Shown here: in pieces, positions 1 through 12,300 of the stretch
How the letters are laid out: every line of letters begins with the position of its first letter
Position numbering within the stretch: the first letter of the stretch is position 1
Source of the DNA: Epithemia pelagica
Lineage: Eukaryota; Protista; Bacillariophyta
Assembly (NCBI GenBank): GCA_946965045.2
Contig: OX337235.1
Span: 2,852,001-2,916,000, forward strand
Length of the DNA stretch: 64,000 nt
Direction: 5' to 3'
Notes under the pieces: model-generated
Databases searched by the model: none
Told to the model about the DNA's origin: nothing
The model's input: the letters and a program-made list of their open reading frames with translations, nothing else
Position numbers and translations under genes: made by a program

Positions 1-698
1 AGACCATACTGCATGACGAGAGGACGTCGGCTACCGAGTCGAGTGGCATTCAAATGATGCTCGGTCCTTTGTCGCAGGGTCTCGAGCTTTGCTGTATGAC
101 TTGGAAGCGTATCATAGATTGAAGAGATTTTGTCTTCCCCAGATACCGAGTCGTCGTCATCCAACCGGGACCGAAGAATCTCGTCCTTCTCCGGGTCATT
201 CTCTTGGTTTGATTCATCATGATCCGAGGAAGACGATGGTTCCACAGAGGACCAGCTAAACTTTTTCAAGTCCATATCTACGACATCATCGTCAAACTGT
301 GTAGTTGAGGAATTGCTTGGATCCCCATTGGGTGTTGCAGGGGTTTTTGCAACGTGATTTTCGTCACGATCAACCAGAGGTGAAACTAAATGGCTCATTT
401 GATTTTGCGACGACATGTGGACAGGTCTTTCAAACTCGCTCGCGACCGTGCCCCCACCATTCGGCCGACGTTGTTCAATGTTATTTGCGTCCCTGTGGAT
501 TTTTGAAACCTCATATTTTCGCGATTCCGCTTTGACAGAGTTGTTCAACCTTTCATCGGTTTCATGGCCACCGATCAAAGGTTCACTTTGATTTCCCTCA
601 CTACCCCGATGAGGACTATTTCGGTGATGAGCGTTGGTAGCTTCATCTACGGTCGCTGTCCGTGCTTTCTGTATTCTACCACGAACAAGTTGTTGCAT
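1..698 (-). CDS. Hypothetical low-complexity protein, partial (runs off window start; true start or upstream exon uncertain)
   Basis: Manual translation of the minus strand from ATG 698 (MQQLVRGRIQKART...) is open to position 1. S/D/E-rich, no recognisable domain. Confidence 0.45.
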   Translation of the reverse strand, partial: MQQLVRGRIQKARTATVDEATNAHHRNSPHRGSEGNQSEPLIGGHETDERLNNSVKAESRKYEVSKIHRDANNIEQRRPNGGGTVASEFERPVHMSSQNQMSHLVSPLVDRDENHVAKTPATPNGDPSNSSTTQFDDDVVDMDLKKFSWSSVEPSSSSDHDESNQENDPEKDEILRSRLDDDDSVSGEDKISSIYDTLPSHTAKLETLRQRTEHHLNATRLGSRRPLVMQYG

Positions 699-1407
699 CT
701 CTTCGTGCGATACCTTACGAACTGATCCCCCCTCTGTACGTATGGATATCGAATGTCTCGGTGATTGAGAGGTTGTTGAAATAGTCGTCATGGTAACATG
801 CCACAACAAGTTGCCTTACGTCTCTCCAAAGGACACCAATTCTCCAAAAGTAATAAGATTCATAGCGAGGTGGCGATTTTGTGAGCGTATTCTAAATTTA
901 GCGACTGTATGATAATGAGTACATCGCGCGCGACGGTGCATTCTTTTCTTTCGAACAATGAGCTCACAAAATGGCGAAACTCAAGCCAACCCGGAGACCG
1001 ACGATAAATAAAACTACCGGTAAACAAGATCATGCGTGTAAGAGGTCAGTCTTCCGCAGGGTGTCCGATACGCTATATTGTCCGCTAAGATGATCTCCCA
1101 GTAAACAGAGAGCTCGAAGCCATGTTTTGCAGATAAGATTCTTTCGTAGTAAATACGAATGTCTACATTATTTTATTCTTCTGTCCATCGCGAAAGAAAG
1201 AGAGTCCACAAACTCCAAACTCACGCTATCAACACAGCTACCATACTTCCAACTTTCCATTTTTAAACTCTCTGTCCTCGTTGTACGTGGAAAGAGCGAG
1301 ATTCATCACACCTACGAGCTTCGCCGACAAAGAAGAGCTCCTCAAAAAGCAAAAATTCCCGTTTTAACATAGAGTTATGAATTCAATATATACAGACAGC
1401 TGACTAA

Positions 1408-2881
1408 CTATCGTCGATTGTGCATAAATGCCGTGCCTCTGTCGTATTGAGCACGGTATTTGGACAGCAGCAATTGATAATAGTTCATAATTTTCTTAAT
1501 CGCCTGTGCCTCCGAGAGCTGATCCCATTCACCCGAGGAGTCTGTTCGAAGAAACCTGCCTCCGGCATCTGTCACCCATGCAAAAATCCAGGATGCCACT
1601 GTCTTGCGTTCTTCCGAAGTTTGCGCCCGTCTGTAGTATCCCAACAAGTGCCGCACACGTTCACGGTAAAGCTTATTCCCAGCTGTAATGTACCAGAAAA
1701 CCATGAATGAGTTCAATGTCCAAACACAGAGAATATCATAACGATCAGGCAAGACACTTACAGTAGTTCGAGAAAACCGAAAGACCCATTTCGGAATCCC
1801 CTTGAAGAACATCATTTGGTCCAATCCAAGCCGGTAACTGGAGTTTCGGCGTATAGTGCGTGTTCTTAACTAGCACTGAATAGGGGCCCTGGTTCGAAGA
1901 TGGACCATTTACAAGAGGAGTTCCGTCCTTCTTATCTTGCATCAACTTCGAATAGGGACCTTGATTCTTCGGGGGAACTGGAGGGTGCATGGACCCGTAA
2001 ACGTTACGGTGCATTCCTGGTTGACAAGGCGCTGGAGTGGCGGCATGATACGCACCACCATTCGATGGATTCGTTGGTCGTACCCGTGGATTGCGAGACA
2101 TGCATTGACTGTATGCGCCATGATACGGACCACTGCCTGGATACATAGGGTACTGTGTTGCCTCGTCCGATGCATACTTTTGGTTCTGCTCCTTGCTACC
2201 ACGTGAGCGAACTGCGGAAGTCGAAGTCACGTCTTTGCGTATAGAAGAATGCAAGCGGTGACGTGTTTGCGATTCCCCATTTCCCCAGTCTTCATCTCGC
2301 TTGCTTGATTTTGAATGATCACGATGGGAAGAAAACGAAAACTTGGACGAAACCGTATTGGAGGTTCCACTGGAGCTTCGCCTTCGAGACATATCACCAG
2401 ATGGTGCATACCCATGTGAGTGTGAGTTTTCGTGTGGCTTGTCTCCATTTCTCGCTTCTGATGTTGTGAAAGTTTTGTGAAACGGATTGAACCCTGCCGT
2501 TTCTACAGGTTCGTTTCGCGTGGTATCGTTCCTCCTGGAGTTCAACTGATGATCATCATACGAACAGTCAGTCACAACTGTAGAAGCAGAAGGAGGGAAT
2601 GACCCTGAGGCAAGATTGTATTTTGGATCCATCGAGGGAGAACATCGCGGCCGATCCTCTCTGGTGGGAAGATCTCTCTTGTCACACTTCATGATCAAGA
2701 CATCGTGCAAGAACTCAGCATCCAAATGATCAAGCCCATCCGAATTCATATCAAAATGCCTTGCCTTCATCTTCTCGACTGATTTTCTTTTGGATTCCGT
2801 ATACGGATCGAACACTGAGCCGGTTCTCATGCCAACGGCATGTGCTCTGGGGACGGGTTCCGAGGCTGCTAAGCTCAACAT
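1408..2881 (-). CDS. DUF6824-domain protein (2 exons; intron 1683-1761)
   Basis: Joining ORFs 1745-2881 and 1408-1824 across a 79-bp GTAAGT...TACAG intron gives GPNDVLQGD...YSGNKLYRERVRHLL...IFAWVTDAGGRFLR...W...AIKKI, the DUF6824 pattern (ND VL.G / GN..YR / GGRFL). Confidence 0.75.
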
Positions 2882-3625
2882 AGCGATAAGATATCAGGCA
2901 GCCCAGCACTACCAGCGACTCTTTCGATTCTACGGTTTCTAGCGTGGAATGAAGAAGCTTGGAATTGATAAACGAATAGAAGAATCCTTACAAGTTGTTG
3001 TCAAGGTAACTCATCGATGTCGAGAAAAAGTGGCTGAATTTATCAACATTTCTATCGACTCCTGTAAAGTTTCGTCCGCCGAGTTGATTCGGCTCGGATT
3101 CGCGATGCCAAACTTAAGCCCTTGCCGGTAAATACACGTTAAACGAATGGTACCGGCGCGGCGTGCAGAGAGTCCCGCAGACAGTAGCTAGTCACAGTCG
3201 CACTTCGTACGGACTGGGACTGAGGACTCAAAGGAGTACCCGGGACAGGAATCAACCAGCAGGCTTTTGTCGCAGCGACAGTCTTCGGTCCGTCGTCACC
3301 GCAATCGAGAAAGAAGTGCCGAACAAGAACAATCGATACACACAACTATAGAATATTCATTGTACGTATGTCGTCTGTCCGTACGGCCCATCCACACTCG
3401 CGATAAATCGCCCCGATACCCACACATCATTTCTCATTGCTTCTCCCTCCGTGTCTCAGCAAGTCAAGATCGTAACAAGGACAAGAGAGAAGTCAAGCAT
3501 CGCTATAAATTTGTCGACTCTAAATCCGACTCAGACTGAAGTTGTCGAACGGATCGTTGCTCATAGCAGGTACACAATCCTGTGAGTTGAAAGGAAATGC
3601 ACATTGGTTTGAAAGTGGGTGTACG

Positions 3626-4036
3626 ATGAGTAACGAAGGACAAGTGTTTGCGGCCGCCGTGGATTCGGAAATTGCCAGATTTCGCTCCCTCCAAGACGAG
3701 TTGAAAAGTCTGCAGACGGATTTATCGACTGTCCTTGGACAAGAAACGGAGAATGAAATGGTCATGATTGAACTGAACCTGTTGGCAGAACCCGCTGGAG
3801 TCTTCAAATTGCTTGGTCCGATATTGGTCCCCCAGGATTTGGAGGAGTCCAAACAAACAGTCCAGAAAAGACTGCAGTTCATTAAAGGAGAAAAAGGGCG
3901 TCTTCAAAGTAAAATCAAACAAACAGAGAACGCTGGAGAAGAGCTAGCCAAGAAGATTAACAGCATGCAGGCAAATTTACAACGGACGACTGCGGAGGCA
4001 GTTCGCGCCATCGCGGCACACCATGGAAGGCAATAA
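3626..4036 (+). CDS. PFDN6: Prefoldin subunit 6 (beta-type)
   Basis: QETENEMVMIELNLL...VFKLLGPILVPQDLEESKQTVQKRLQFI matches the PFDN6/Gim1 beta-hairpin and coiled coils. ATG at 3626 preferred over the upstream near-cognate start. Confidence 0.9.
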   Translation: MSNEGQVFAAAVDSEIARFRSLQDELKSLQTDLSTVLGQETENEMVMIELNLLAEPAGVFKLLGPILVPQDLEESKQTVQKRLQFIKGEKGRLQSKIKQTENAGEELAKKINSMQANLQRTTAEAVRAIAAHHGRQ

Positions 4037-5207
4037 CAGAAACGTCTGACACCTTTCGGGACACAACTGGAAGCTACGTGTCGAGGACCAGAAACAAGCA
4101 CAGGGAATTATGTTCTCAGAATGACAGACATTGTGGCATTTGTCATCTTGATCTAAAGGTTGCGGTGCATTGCACTGCTGTCAACCAACATCCTCAGGAC
4201 TGAGAAGATTCAGATATTTGGGAAAAAGAGAGGAGCACATTCATCCGACGCTGAGTGAATCAGGAATCGAACAAAGGTAACTGGAAACCGATCCAAGTGG
4301 ACCATCTTGCTTGCTATTAATGTTGCGTTTACAAATTATTATAGAGTCCATTATATTTTAATCCAAACTTGTGGACAATGAGATACAGGTATCCAAATTC
4401 TTTTTTGGAGAGTCTTTGTTGTGCAAACGAAGTCAACCTAATGACTTTCGGTTCTCATGCTTCGATACAGCTTTTCGTAATTGTCGTCTAATCAGAGAGT
4501 AGGTATGCGTTTTGCTCTTTACTTACGCTCCACGTACACGCTCCATGTGCGCGGTGCATGCCCTATGCTCTGCGGTGATGCGCGAACTTGCCAGTTGCAA
4601 GAGTTTGTGCCAGAGGGATCGACCCATCAGTGTCGGTGTCAGTTATCGTCAGTGTATTCCCGTCCAGTAAAAGAATACCCATTACCCATGTCCTCACAGA
4701 AAACCTGGACGGTTTGTCCACGGGACAACAGAAATGACAACAAACTATGACGGCAACCGCAGTGAAAAGACTGAACTAACTCCTTACTCCACGTTCGATT
4801 GGACCTCAATACGAACAGTGCAATAGAGACCTGAGCGAAGATTACGATCACGATTAGAGAGTTACTCATAGAGGGATATGGACCTCGTGATTCGTGATAG
4901 TGCTACTAGGAGTAGTAGGAGTACTACTCTAGCTAGGAGTACTATGCCATAGTTCGACTGTCGTTTGATAGCTACCCCTCCCTCCAACAATTCCGAATTC
5001 GGTCCCCCAAAAGGCTGGCGCGTGCGCCTGCTGTCACGCCTTCCATTCAAATCGGCCACAAAACAATGAGCTCATCTCCATCAGTCACACATCTAGCTTG
5101 TTGCAAAAGGAACATCCAGAAAGGAAGTCCACCATCAAACTTTGGATTTCAAGAAGGAGACTGTCCCTTGACTGAACTGTATCGCATTTATTGTCAAGAA
5201 TCCCGAA

Positions 5208-7130
5208 ATGATGCAGTCCGCGTTCTGCCGACAAGCAAAGAAGAATGGCCGCAGTCGCCATGCGAACACTGCGACGGAAATTCCTTCCAGGTCTGAGGGA
5301 GCCCCTTGTGCAAAAGAGAAGACGCGTCCGGCCCTAAGATCCTCTTCGTCAGCTCATGATACTAGAGTCGCAGCAAGGCGATCGTCTCAAAGTTTACGAT
5401 TCCAAGGTGCCGCAGTGCCGCGTGTTAGTGCTTCCTGGTCCTCCACAAGCACCGACAGATTCCAACGAGGGGATGAACATGGCTCACAACCAAGCTATGT
5501 TGGTCACGTCGGTCACTCAGGAAGTCATCTAGGCAGTCGTTTGCCTTATAGTCAGATTCAGACACAACCTTTTCACTTGACAGGTCAACCACCTGCCCAT
5601 CCTTCTTACCAACAAGGTTTCCACACCTACCAGTCCTCCCAAGGTTCCAACTTCCACCATCCTGGTGTTCGTCCACCTCTGTCCCCACAAGGAGCTGTGA
5701 GTTTCCAGAACAATGTCATGGTTGGTTTCAACCAGATGTCGCAGCTGACGTGCTCTCAAGATACCGGAAGTCAGGGTCCCTGCTTTTCGCAAGGCAGTAC
5801 ACAACGTTCGACACAGGAGCAACGTTGTCATTATCCATCCAGCCAACAGTCTCGAATGATGCCTACTCGAGAGACACCGTCTGTTTTCGCCGATAATGAC
5901 CCGCTGAAATCCCATGTTGAACCATCTCGACGAATGCAAAAGTCCCAGTTGCTCGAGATTGCTGGCTATGGGTCTAGCAATATTCCCCAGCCATGGAATC
6001 GTACAAATGGAGGGGCCTCACAATGCAGCACAAAGAGTGGAAGTAAAAGCAGTCTAGGGGATATGAGAAACGTTCTACGTCCGCTTCCGGAATCGAAAAT
6101 GCCTCTTACTCAAGCGATGCAAACAAAACTTCAGGCATTTGTGCGTTGCGAGGTCAAAAAACTTATGCAAACTCAGCACGATTCTTGTATTGAGACTGTC
6201 CAAGAGGCAGCTGCCTCAAAGGTGGACGAGTATATCGAGGGAAAGAACAAGCTGTTCGACGCCAAGGTCGCTCATGAAATTGAACGTCTTGCTAACCTCC
6301 GGACGGAAAACGACGACCATTTCAGGGACGTCTGCAAAGAAGCTGCCTCAAACGTGGACGAACACATAAAGGAAAAGAACAAGCTTTTCGACACCAAAGT
6401 TGCGGAGGCAATGGAGCTTCATGCTAAACTCCGGACGGAAAGCAAAGGCCATTTGAGGAGAGTCTGCGAAGAAGCAAAAGAAGAGCTGTTACAGGAGGTC
6501 CACAGTGCAAAGGATGAAGCGCTGGAACTAGTCTCAAATGCGACAACAACCACCTTGAAGAAAATTGCAGCTGCAGGAACCCATCTTGTACAAACTATTA
6601 TTCCCAAGATTAACAAGCACGTCGGAGGGATCATGGAGACAATCAAAGGAGACCGCCCAAGGGCTCCGTGCCGAGAGAAAACCCCGAGTCCCAAAACATT
6701 AGCCAAGGACACTGATTGTCTTCACCATCGAGCTCAACGTGAAATAAAGGGGGAAACCATTGAGAAGACGGAAATGGTTGGGAGCTCACGTGACACGTCG
6801 AAAAAGAAAACTACTCGAAAGAGGAACCTTGCTCCAACTAAATCCACTGTCACACAAAAGCGTGCCAAGATATCTGCTTTGACGCCCCTTGAGATTGTAC
6901 AGATTGAGTCTTCTCCATCGAACAGAGTCCGAATAGCAGAATCCCCAACAAGCACAACTGTTTCGATATCTTCTGAAGAACACGAACGAATCAAAAAGAA
7001 AGAGAAACAGTTTCTTTCCCAGGGTACCAGATCGCGGAGAAATATGTCCAAAGCATCAAAATGCAAGGGGCAGAAAGGAGTACATGTCTCCCACCTCCAA
7101 GGCTTCCAAGACATTTCGGGTTTTCTGTAA
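5208..7130 (+). CDS. Hypothetical protein: S/Q/H-rich disordered N-terminus, central coiled coil with a 44-aa internal duplication, basic tail
   Basis: 640-aa ORF; no family recognised. Confidence 0.7.
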   Translation: MMQSAFCRQAKKNGRSRHANTATEIPSRSEGAPCAKEKTRPALRSSSSAHDTRVAARRSSQSLRFQGAAVPRVSASWSSTSTDRFQRGDEHGSQPSYVGHVGHSGSHLGSRLPYSQIQTQPFHLTGQPPAHPSYQQGFHTYQSSQGSNFHHPGVRPPLSPQGAVSFQNNVMVGFNQMSQLTCSQDTGSQGPCFSQGSTQRSTQEQRCHYPSSQQSRMMPTRETPSVFADNDPLKSHVEPSRRMQKSQLLEIAGYGSSNIPQPWNRTNGGASQCSTKSGSKSSLGDMRNVLRPLPESKMPLTQAMQTKLQAFVRCEVKKLMQTQHDSCIETVQEAAASKVDEYIEGKNKLFDAKVAHEIERLANLRTENDDHFRDVCKEAASNVDEHIKEKNKLFDTKVAEAMELHAKLRTESKGHLRRVCEEAKEELLQEVHSAKDEALELVSNATTTTLKKIAAAGTHLVQTIIPKINKHVGGIMETIKGDRPRAPCREKTPSPKTLAKDTDCLHHRAQREIKGETIEKTEMVGSSRDTSKKKTTRKRNLAPTKSTVTQKRAKISALTPLEIVQIESSPSNRVRIAESPTSTTVSISSEEHERIKKKEKQFLSQGTRSRRNMSKASKCKGQKGVHVSHLQGFQDISGFL

Positions 7131-7392
7131 CAAAACTATTCGACCCGACTTCTACCAGAACAGTTTACATCGACCATGGTACCACGCTCTAAGTCTTTCA
7201 AGTGACTGGTCTGATATGGTTCTTTCCCAATTTTCCTCTGTTCTGCTTCCAAAATAACTGTAGAAGTGAAATGCATACATGATATTCAATTTTCCTTCGT
7301 GCTACACTGCATTCGCTGCAGGCATATATTCGTCTGATCGTATAAAGCGTCTTCAGAGGTCATAACTGTGAATGCGAGAAGTCGGGCCCTCT

Positions 7393-9054
7393 TCAGAAAA
7401 ACGAACGTATCGTAGGAAGTATGACCTTGAACGGCAAAGAGAGCTGTGCTGATGGTTCGCGCGAGAAATGCGCAGCATGGTCACTCATTTCATTCCATTC
7501 TTGTTTATGTTGTTCGGCAAGTGGGGATCGGGGAGGAAACAGTAAAACCAAGTTGCTTTCAAAATCCCGTTGTTCCGATCGTGCCCCAAAGTTACCGGAG
7601 CCATGTGTAACGACTTTCAAGTCTTCGTTTTCGGCAATAGGAAGAGAATCATCTAAGTTCTTTTTCTTATCCAACGTTTCATTGGAACTGGTTGGGACCA
7701 TGGAGAGCCATAATCCTTTGGCATGAAACGTCCAGTCTGGTCGCTGGTAGAACCAAACAGAAATCTTTCCGGATCGAATGGATCGGGCGATCTCATCAAA
7801 CACGGCTGGAATCCAGACTTTGCCCTTGTTCCCGGGCTTGTCTTTGGGTTTAAAGCCATGCGAAACTTGTCCGGCAGTCAAAAACTGTACCCGAGGAAAA
7901 CCATCGATTGCCGCCAGCATTAGTTTGGTTGGGTTGAGATATGCTGTAGCCAATCGAAGCGCGGCTTGTTGAGTAGTCTCTGTCTTCGATGATGTTGATG
8001 ATGATGCTTGGAGAAGGTCCTGCATGGCATCCACATCTGATCGTAACCTTGGTGTGCTACCGAAACTAGAAGGTGCCTGAAAGGTTGGGACAGCAACTGC
8101 TACAATTGCATCCTGTGGTTGATCCACATCTATTGTTGGTTTTGCAGAATCCTTGATTGTGGATTCATTTGTCGTCATGACAATGTCTGCGACAGACTCC
8201 AACAGAACCGCTGGGGAGGTGGAAGTGGCTGGACCCACACCGTCTTGGGTGAAGACACGGGCATGCTGACAGAGCACTTCCACTAGTTGTGCATAGAAAT
8301 CAACCAGACCATTGCCGCCCTGTTGAATGGAAAGATAGCGATCATGACGATCGACAAAGTATTCTTCCGACAGGTTTGCACCGGACAGGATAAGAGTATC
8401 GTCCACAATATAGGCCTTGATATGAAAGACTCCCATGAGCTCATTGTATGGGTTTGTTAGAATAGTTTGCCAAAAGTCGGTCAATGCCGAAATCAAAAAT
8501 ACATTGGGAGTGTCACTCTCAGTATTGTTTTTGGAGGGTGAGGATGATGTACCGAGAGCTTCCAGACAAGCTTTGGCCGAAGAAGTGGTCGTCGCTGTTT
8601 CATGCTTCTCGTCCAGCTCCTTGGCATCATTCTTCGAGACTTGAACGGGACGAAGGGCGCGATTGAGATCCAGTAAGAGCTTAACATTGACATGATTTTG
8701 CTTCTTGGCGTGTCCAATGGCGTCCAGTAATTCGGCTTCCCGGGGAAACGCTTGTCGGTCCACAGCCGGTCCAATGTAGAGGGAGGCCAAATATACTCGA
8801 CGCTTCGCCGATCGGATCCGTTGACAAAGAGTCGAATGAAATTCCTCGGGTGTCGCGGTGACAGACGTACGTGAGGAGGAGGAGCTTCCGAGCAGCTCCA
8901 CATGATGCGATGCCAAGGGAAAGTGCTTGTAGCAATACTGCTGCTGCTGCCGTTTGGGAGCAGATGTTGATTCTGGAAGCTGCGGCGGTTGCCGTATCCC
9001 ACGAAGAGCATTCAATACTCTTTGACGGCTAAAGATGGCTCTCGGAGGTTTCAT
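7393..9054 (-). CDS. PGS1: CDP-diacylglycerol--glycerol-3-phosphate 3-phosphatidyltransferase (PLD superfamily), probably mitochondrial
   Basis: AKRRVYLASLYIG, two HxK motifs (GVFHIKAYIVDD...SGANLSEEYF and WTFHAKGLW...GSGNFGARS..RDFESN), R-rich N-terminus. Likely ATG at 9054. Confidence 0.9.
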   Translation of the reverse strand: MKPPRAIFSRQRVLNALRGIRQPPQLPESTSAPKRQQQQYCYKHFPLASHHVELLGSSSSSRTSVTATPEEFHSTLCQRIRSAKRRVYLASLYIGPAVDRQAFPREAELLDAIGHAKKQNHVNVKLLLDLNRALRPVQVSKNDAKELDEKHETATTTSSAKACLEALGTSSSPSKNNTESDTPNVFLISALTDFWQTILTNPYNELMGVFHIKAYIVDDTLILSGANLSEEYFVDRHDRYLSIQQGGNGLVDFYAQLVEVLCQHARVFTQDGVGPATSTSPAVLLESVADIVMTTNESTIKDSAKPTIDVDQPQDAIVAVAVPTFQAPSSFGSTPRLRSDVDAMQDLLQASSSTSSKTETTQQAALRLATAYLNPTKLMLAAIDGFPRVQFLTAGQVSHGFKPKDKPGNKGKVWIPAVFDEIARSIRSGKISVWFYQRPDWTFHAKGLWLSMVPTSSNETLDKKKNLDDSLPIAENEDLKVVTHGSGNFGARSEQRDFESNLVLLFPPRSPLAEQHKQEWNEMSDHAAHFSREPSAQLSLPFKVILPTIRSFF

Positions 9055-9213
9055 GGTTACCGGAACGATCAACACAAGGCAATGGCTGCCGACTGCCGAC
9101 AATAACAAAGGTTGCGATCATTTTGCATTGCAACCAATAACGAGAAGCAAAAAATGCCATCTTGGTCGCTTGTAAGTCGCCTTTATGAGCAGCCGAGACT
9201 TTCCGTTTCTTCT

Positions 9214-9375
9214 TGTTGGAGTTTGGAGCAGACAACGTGATTCTATCGATAAAGGAAAATTATAAGTTATCGAGTTTGTCGTACAACGTCTGCCCACGTG
9301 ACTGTTTTCCTAGCCGTGGACTTTGTCATTGTGTCACGAGTTGCTCCGCGCCGGGCGACTTCCGCTTTCTCAACG
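9214..9375 (-). repeat. 3' LTR of copia 1
   Basis: 162 bp; differs from 16729-16890 at CCTAG/CCCAG and at the PPT-proximal terminal base. Confidence 0.95.
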
Positions 9376-9384
9376 CCCCCCTAG
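9376..9384 (-). promoter_or_regulatory. Polypurine tract of copia 1
   Basis: Minus strand CTAGGGGGG directly abuts the 3' LTR and overlaps the pol stop codon. Confidence 0.8.
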
Positions 9385-12300
9385 TTCGGTATCAATGGCA
9401 CAACTAGATCACGAAGCAAAGTAAAGTGGGAGTCATCTCGGTGCTCTTTAGTCAAGAGATCAGCAGGATTGGTTTTGCCGGGAATGTGGTGAACAGAGAT
9501 TTCACCAGCTTGAATGGCATCACGAACAGCTACTTGTCGCATGTTCAAATGACGAAGACGTTTGGTGATGGCTCCTGTGCCACTCCAATCGACGGTCCCC
9601 TTGTTGTCATTGAATACCGGGATTGCTTGATGGATGTCTGGGAGATCCATTTCTTCCATAAGGTACGTGAGATGTTGCCCTTCCTTTGCGATTAAGTCGA
9701 CTGATTTGATCTCAGCCTCACAAGAACTGCGGCTACAGCGCTCCTCGCGTTCTACCTTCCACCATATAGGTCCGCTCGTTCGCATCATCATTGCACCCTG
9801 GACGGATTTGCATTCGTCGTCCGTGACAGTCCGCGTCTCTTGTTCTTCAGGGAGCGGACGGGAGGCGTCTTGTGGTCCCCAATTGGAGTCCGTGTAGTCG
9901 CTAGTGAGACCATGTGGAGGTGGCGTGACGTTGTGAGGCCATGCTACGAAGCCGTGTAACTTGTCATCCTCTGGTCTCTCCACGAAACAAAGTCCGCGGT
10001 CACTAGTACCCCGTATGTATCGCAGGACATGTTTCCCAGCCTCCATGTGTTCAGGAGAGGGATTACTCATATGGCGGCTGAGTAATTTGTGGGCAACAGC
10101 AATATCAGGGCGTGTACTGATAGTAAGCCAGGTGAGTCCTCCGATAAGTGATCGGTACTGCTTCACCAGGTCAGAGTTGGGGTCTGCCTTGGTAGTTGGA
10201 GTCGGTAACCGATCGATGGGAAGGCCTGACCGATAAGGTGTCTTGACTGCGTTGCACTCGTGCATGTTGGACTTCTCCAGTAACCTTTCAACAAATCCAG
10301 GTTGTGATATGTGGACGCCGATACCATCGTTGGCTGTCTTGAACCATTGATAGCGACACCCGAGGAAGTAGGTGACCGCACCCATAAAGTCCACGGTCAG
10401 AAGTTTACCCAGTGACTCTTCAAACCATGTCTCCGATTTGGTCGACGCACTGAAGTAGATAAAGTCGTCTACGTAGACTCCGACATACACTGGATCCTCG
10501 TCAGGGAACGGCCGGCCCACCAGCACACATGGGTCGTTAGCGCACTGTTGGAACCCCAGATCGTTTACTAGGACAGCAATAAACTTGTCATACCAGTGTC
10601 GAGGACTGCGTCGAAGTCCGTATAAGGTTTTCTTCAATTTCCAATACGTTCCAGGCTCACTGATAGGACAGCCACGTGGTGGTTCACAGATAACAACTTC
10701 GTCCTCCGGCAATTCCGGTTGACAAAACGCATTCTTACAATCGCCTTGTTTGGCTATCTTCCCATGCTGGACCGCAAGAGAAATCAGCAGACGACAACTT
10801 GTAGATTGGAGAACTGGGGCATATCGCTCGGAGTTGCTCCAAATACGTTCTTCTAGGTTCCCCAGTACCACGATACGACTCTTAGCACGGTACGGGTTGC
10901 CCAGCTCATCGGGTTTTACTGTGAAGATGTTCATAGTTGGGATGGCCTTGAATCCTTGGGCCTTGTATCGTTGATATTCTTCTCCACTGATTACATCGAA
11001 GACGTCCATTGTTTTCAAGTTACCGTGTTCCTCCGAGTATGAGTCCCCCCATATGATCTGATCCGTTGGTTGTAACCTGGGGAGATGCAGGAGGCAGCTA
11101 GGTGCTGTCTTCGATATGAGGTTTGCCGCTGACACAAAGCGTCCGACTAACTGGGGACGACTCGGGTTGGCAGCCCACCCGACTTGCAAAATACCCTCCT
11201 TCAACCGCTCAAGATAAGTCTGTAGGAGGTCGGGGATAGGTATGATAGGTCGTTGATTGTTAGGCAATTTGGAACTCCCCACGAATTCCCAACATCCATC
11301 TCTGTCTTGCCGTAGCCGGCCGTGAAGGAAACCATGAACGTCGGAATAGAATGTTACGGCCTCATCATCACGGATCCAGGTCGGACGGAGGGGATGGTCA
11401 ACGGTCAGTTCCTGGGGGACATTATCCTCGGAAGAAGGACTGTCCAGAGAAGGGTGATCGCCTTTGAATGGTAAAACCCCCCATATGCGGTCGGGAGCAA
11501 CTTCCACCGTTGTTTGATCGTCGGTACGGATACTGTAGCTAGGCGTCTGACTGGTAGGCACCTGTAGGACGACACCGGACTGACGGTCTGTGGCACCAAC
11601 CGGACACCAATAAACCGAGGATCCTGGCGGATGCAACACCTTAGACTCTGTATGATCCAGTAACGACAACTGGAGCCCCCCATCGTACACGAGCGAAGGG
11701 AAAGCATCCGAAACGCCACGGTCAACATCCAACGTGTAATCGCTGGACACCGAGAAGGTATGAAGATCCGGGTTGTAAAACACCAACCCGTTACAAAAAT
11801 CACTGCGCCCAACAGCAATACCCACAAAGCTATGGGCTTCAAACGTGCGACGAGACCGAGGACCATCGGATGGCCGGTTAAAATACCCAATCGCACCGAA
11901 CTCAAACAATACACGGTAGTCGGGACGACACCCATAAAAGAGAGCAAGGGGTGTGGTCCATTCACTGGGCTGAGTCGAATCGGACGACAGAGACTGAACC
12001 GGAAGTAGATTCATGCGATGGAACGCGGTCCGAAGTGCCCAGAACCAAAACCGAGTCGGAAGTTTGGCTTCGGCCAGGAAAGCCCGGGCCATGCGAACAC
12101 CAGTTCGCCAGTAGCGCTCGACAAGGCCATTGGACGACTGCCGCCGAGGTGCCGCAGAACGAACACGAATCCGAAGACTACGGAGAAACTGGGCGACGCC
12201 ACCCCCCAAGAAACGACTGTCAAAGTCGCATTGAATCACTTTGGGGATACCACCAGCATCCACGACAAACCGCCACAAGGCGTCTTGGAGATCAGCCCCA

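Noticed and set aside
5208-7130. Resemblance to meiotic IHO1/PRD3/Mer2-type proteins
   Set aside because: Only the general layout (disordered, coiled coil, basic tail) is similar; no motif support.
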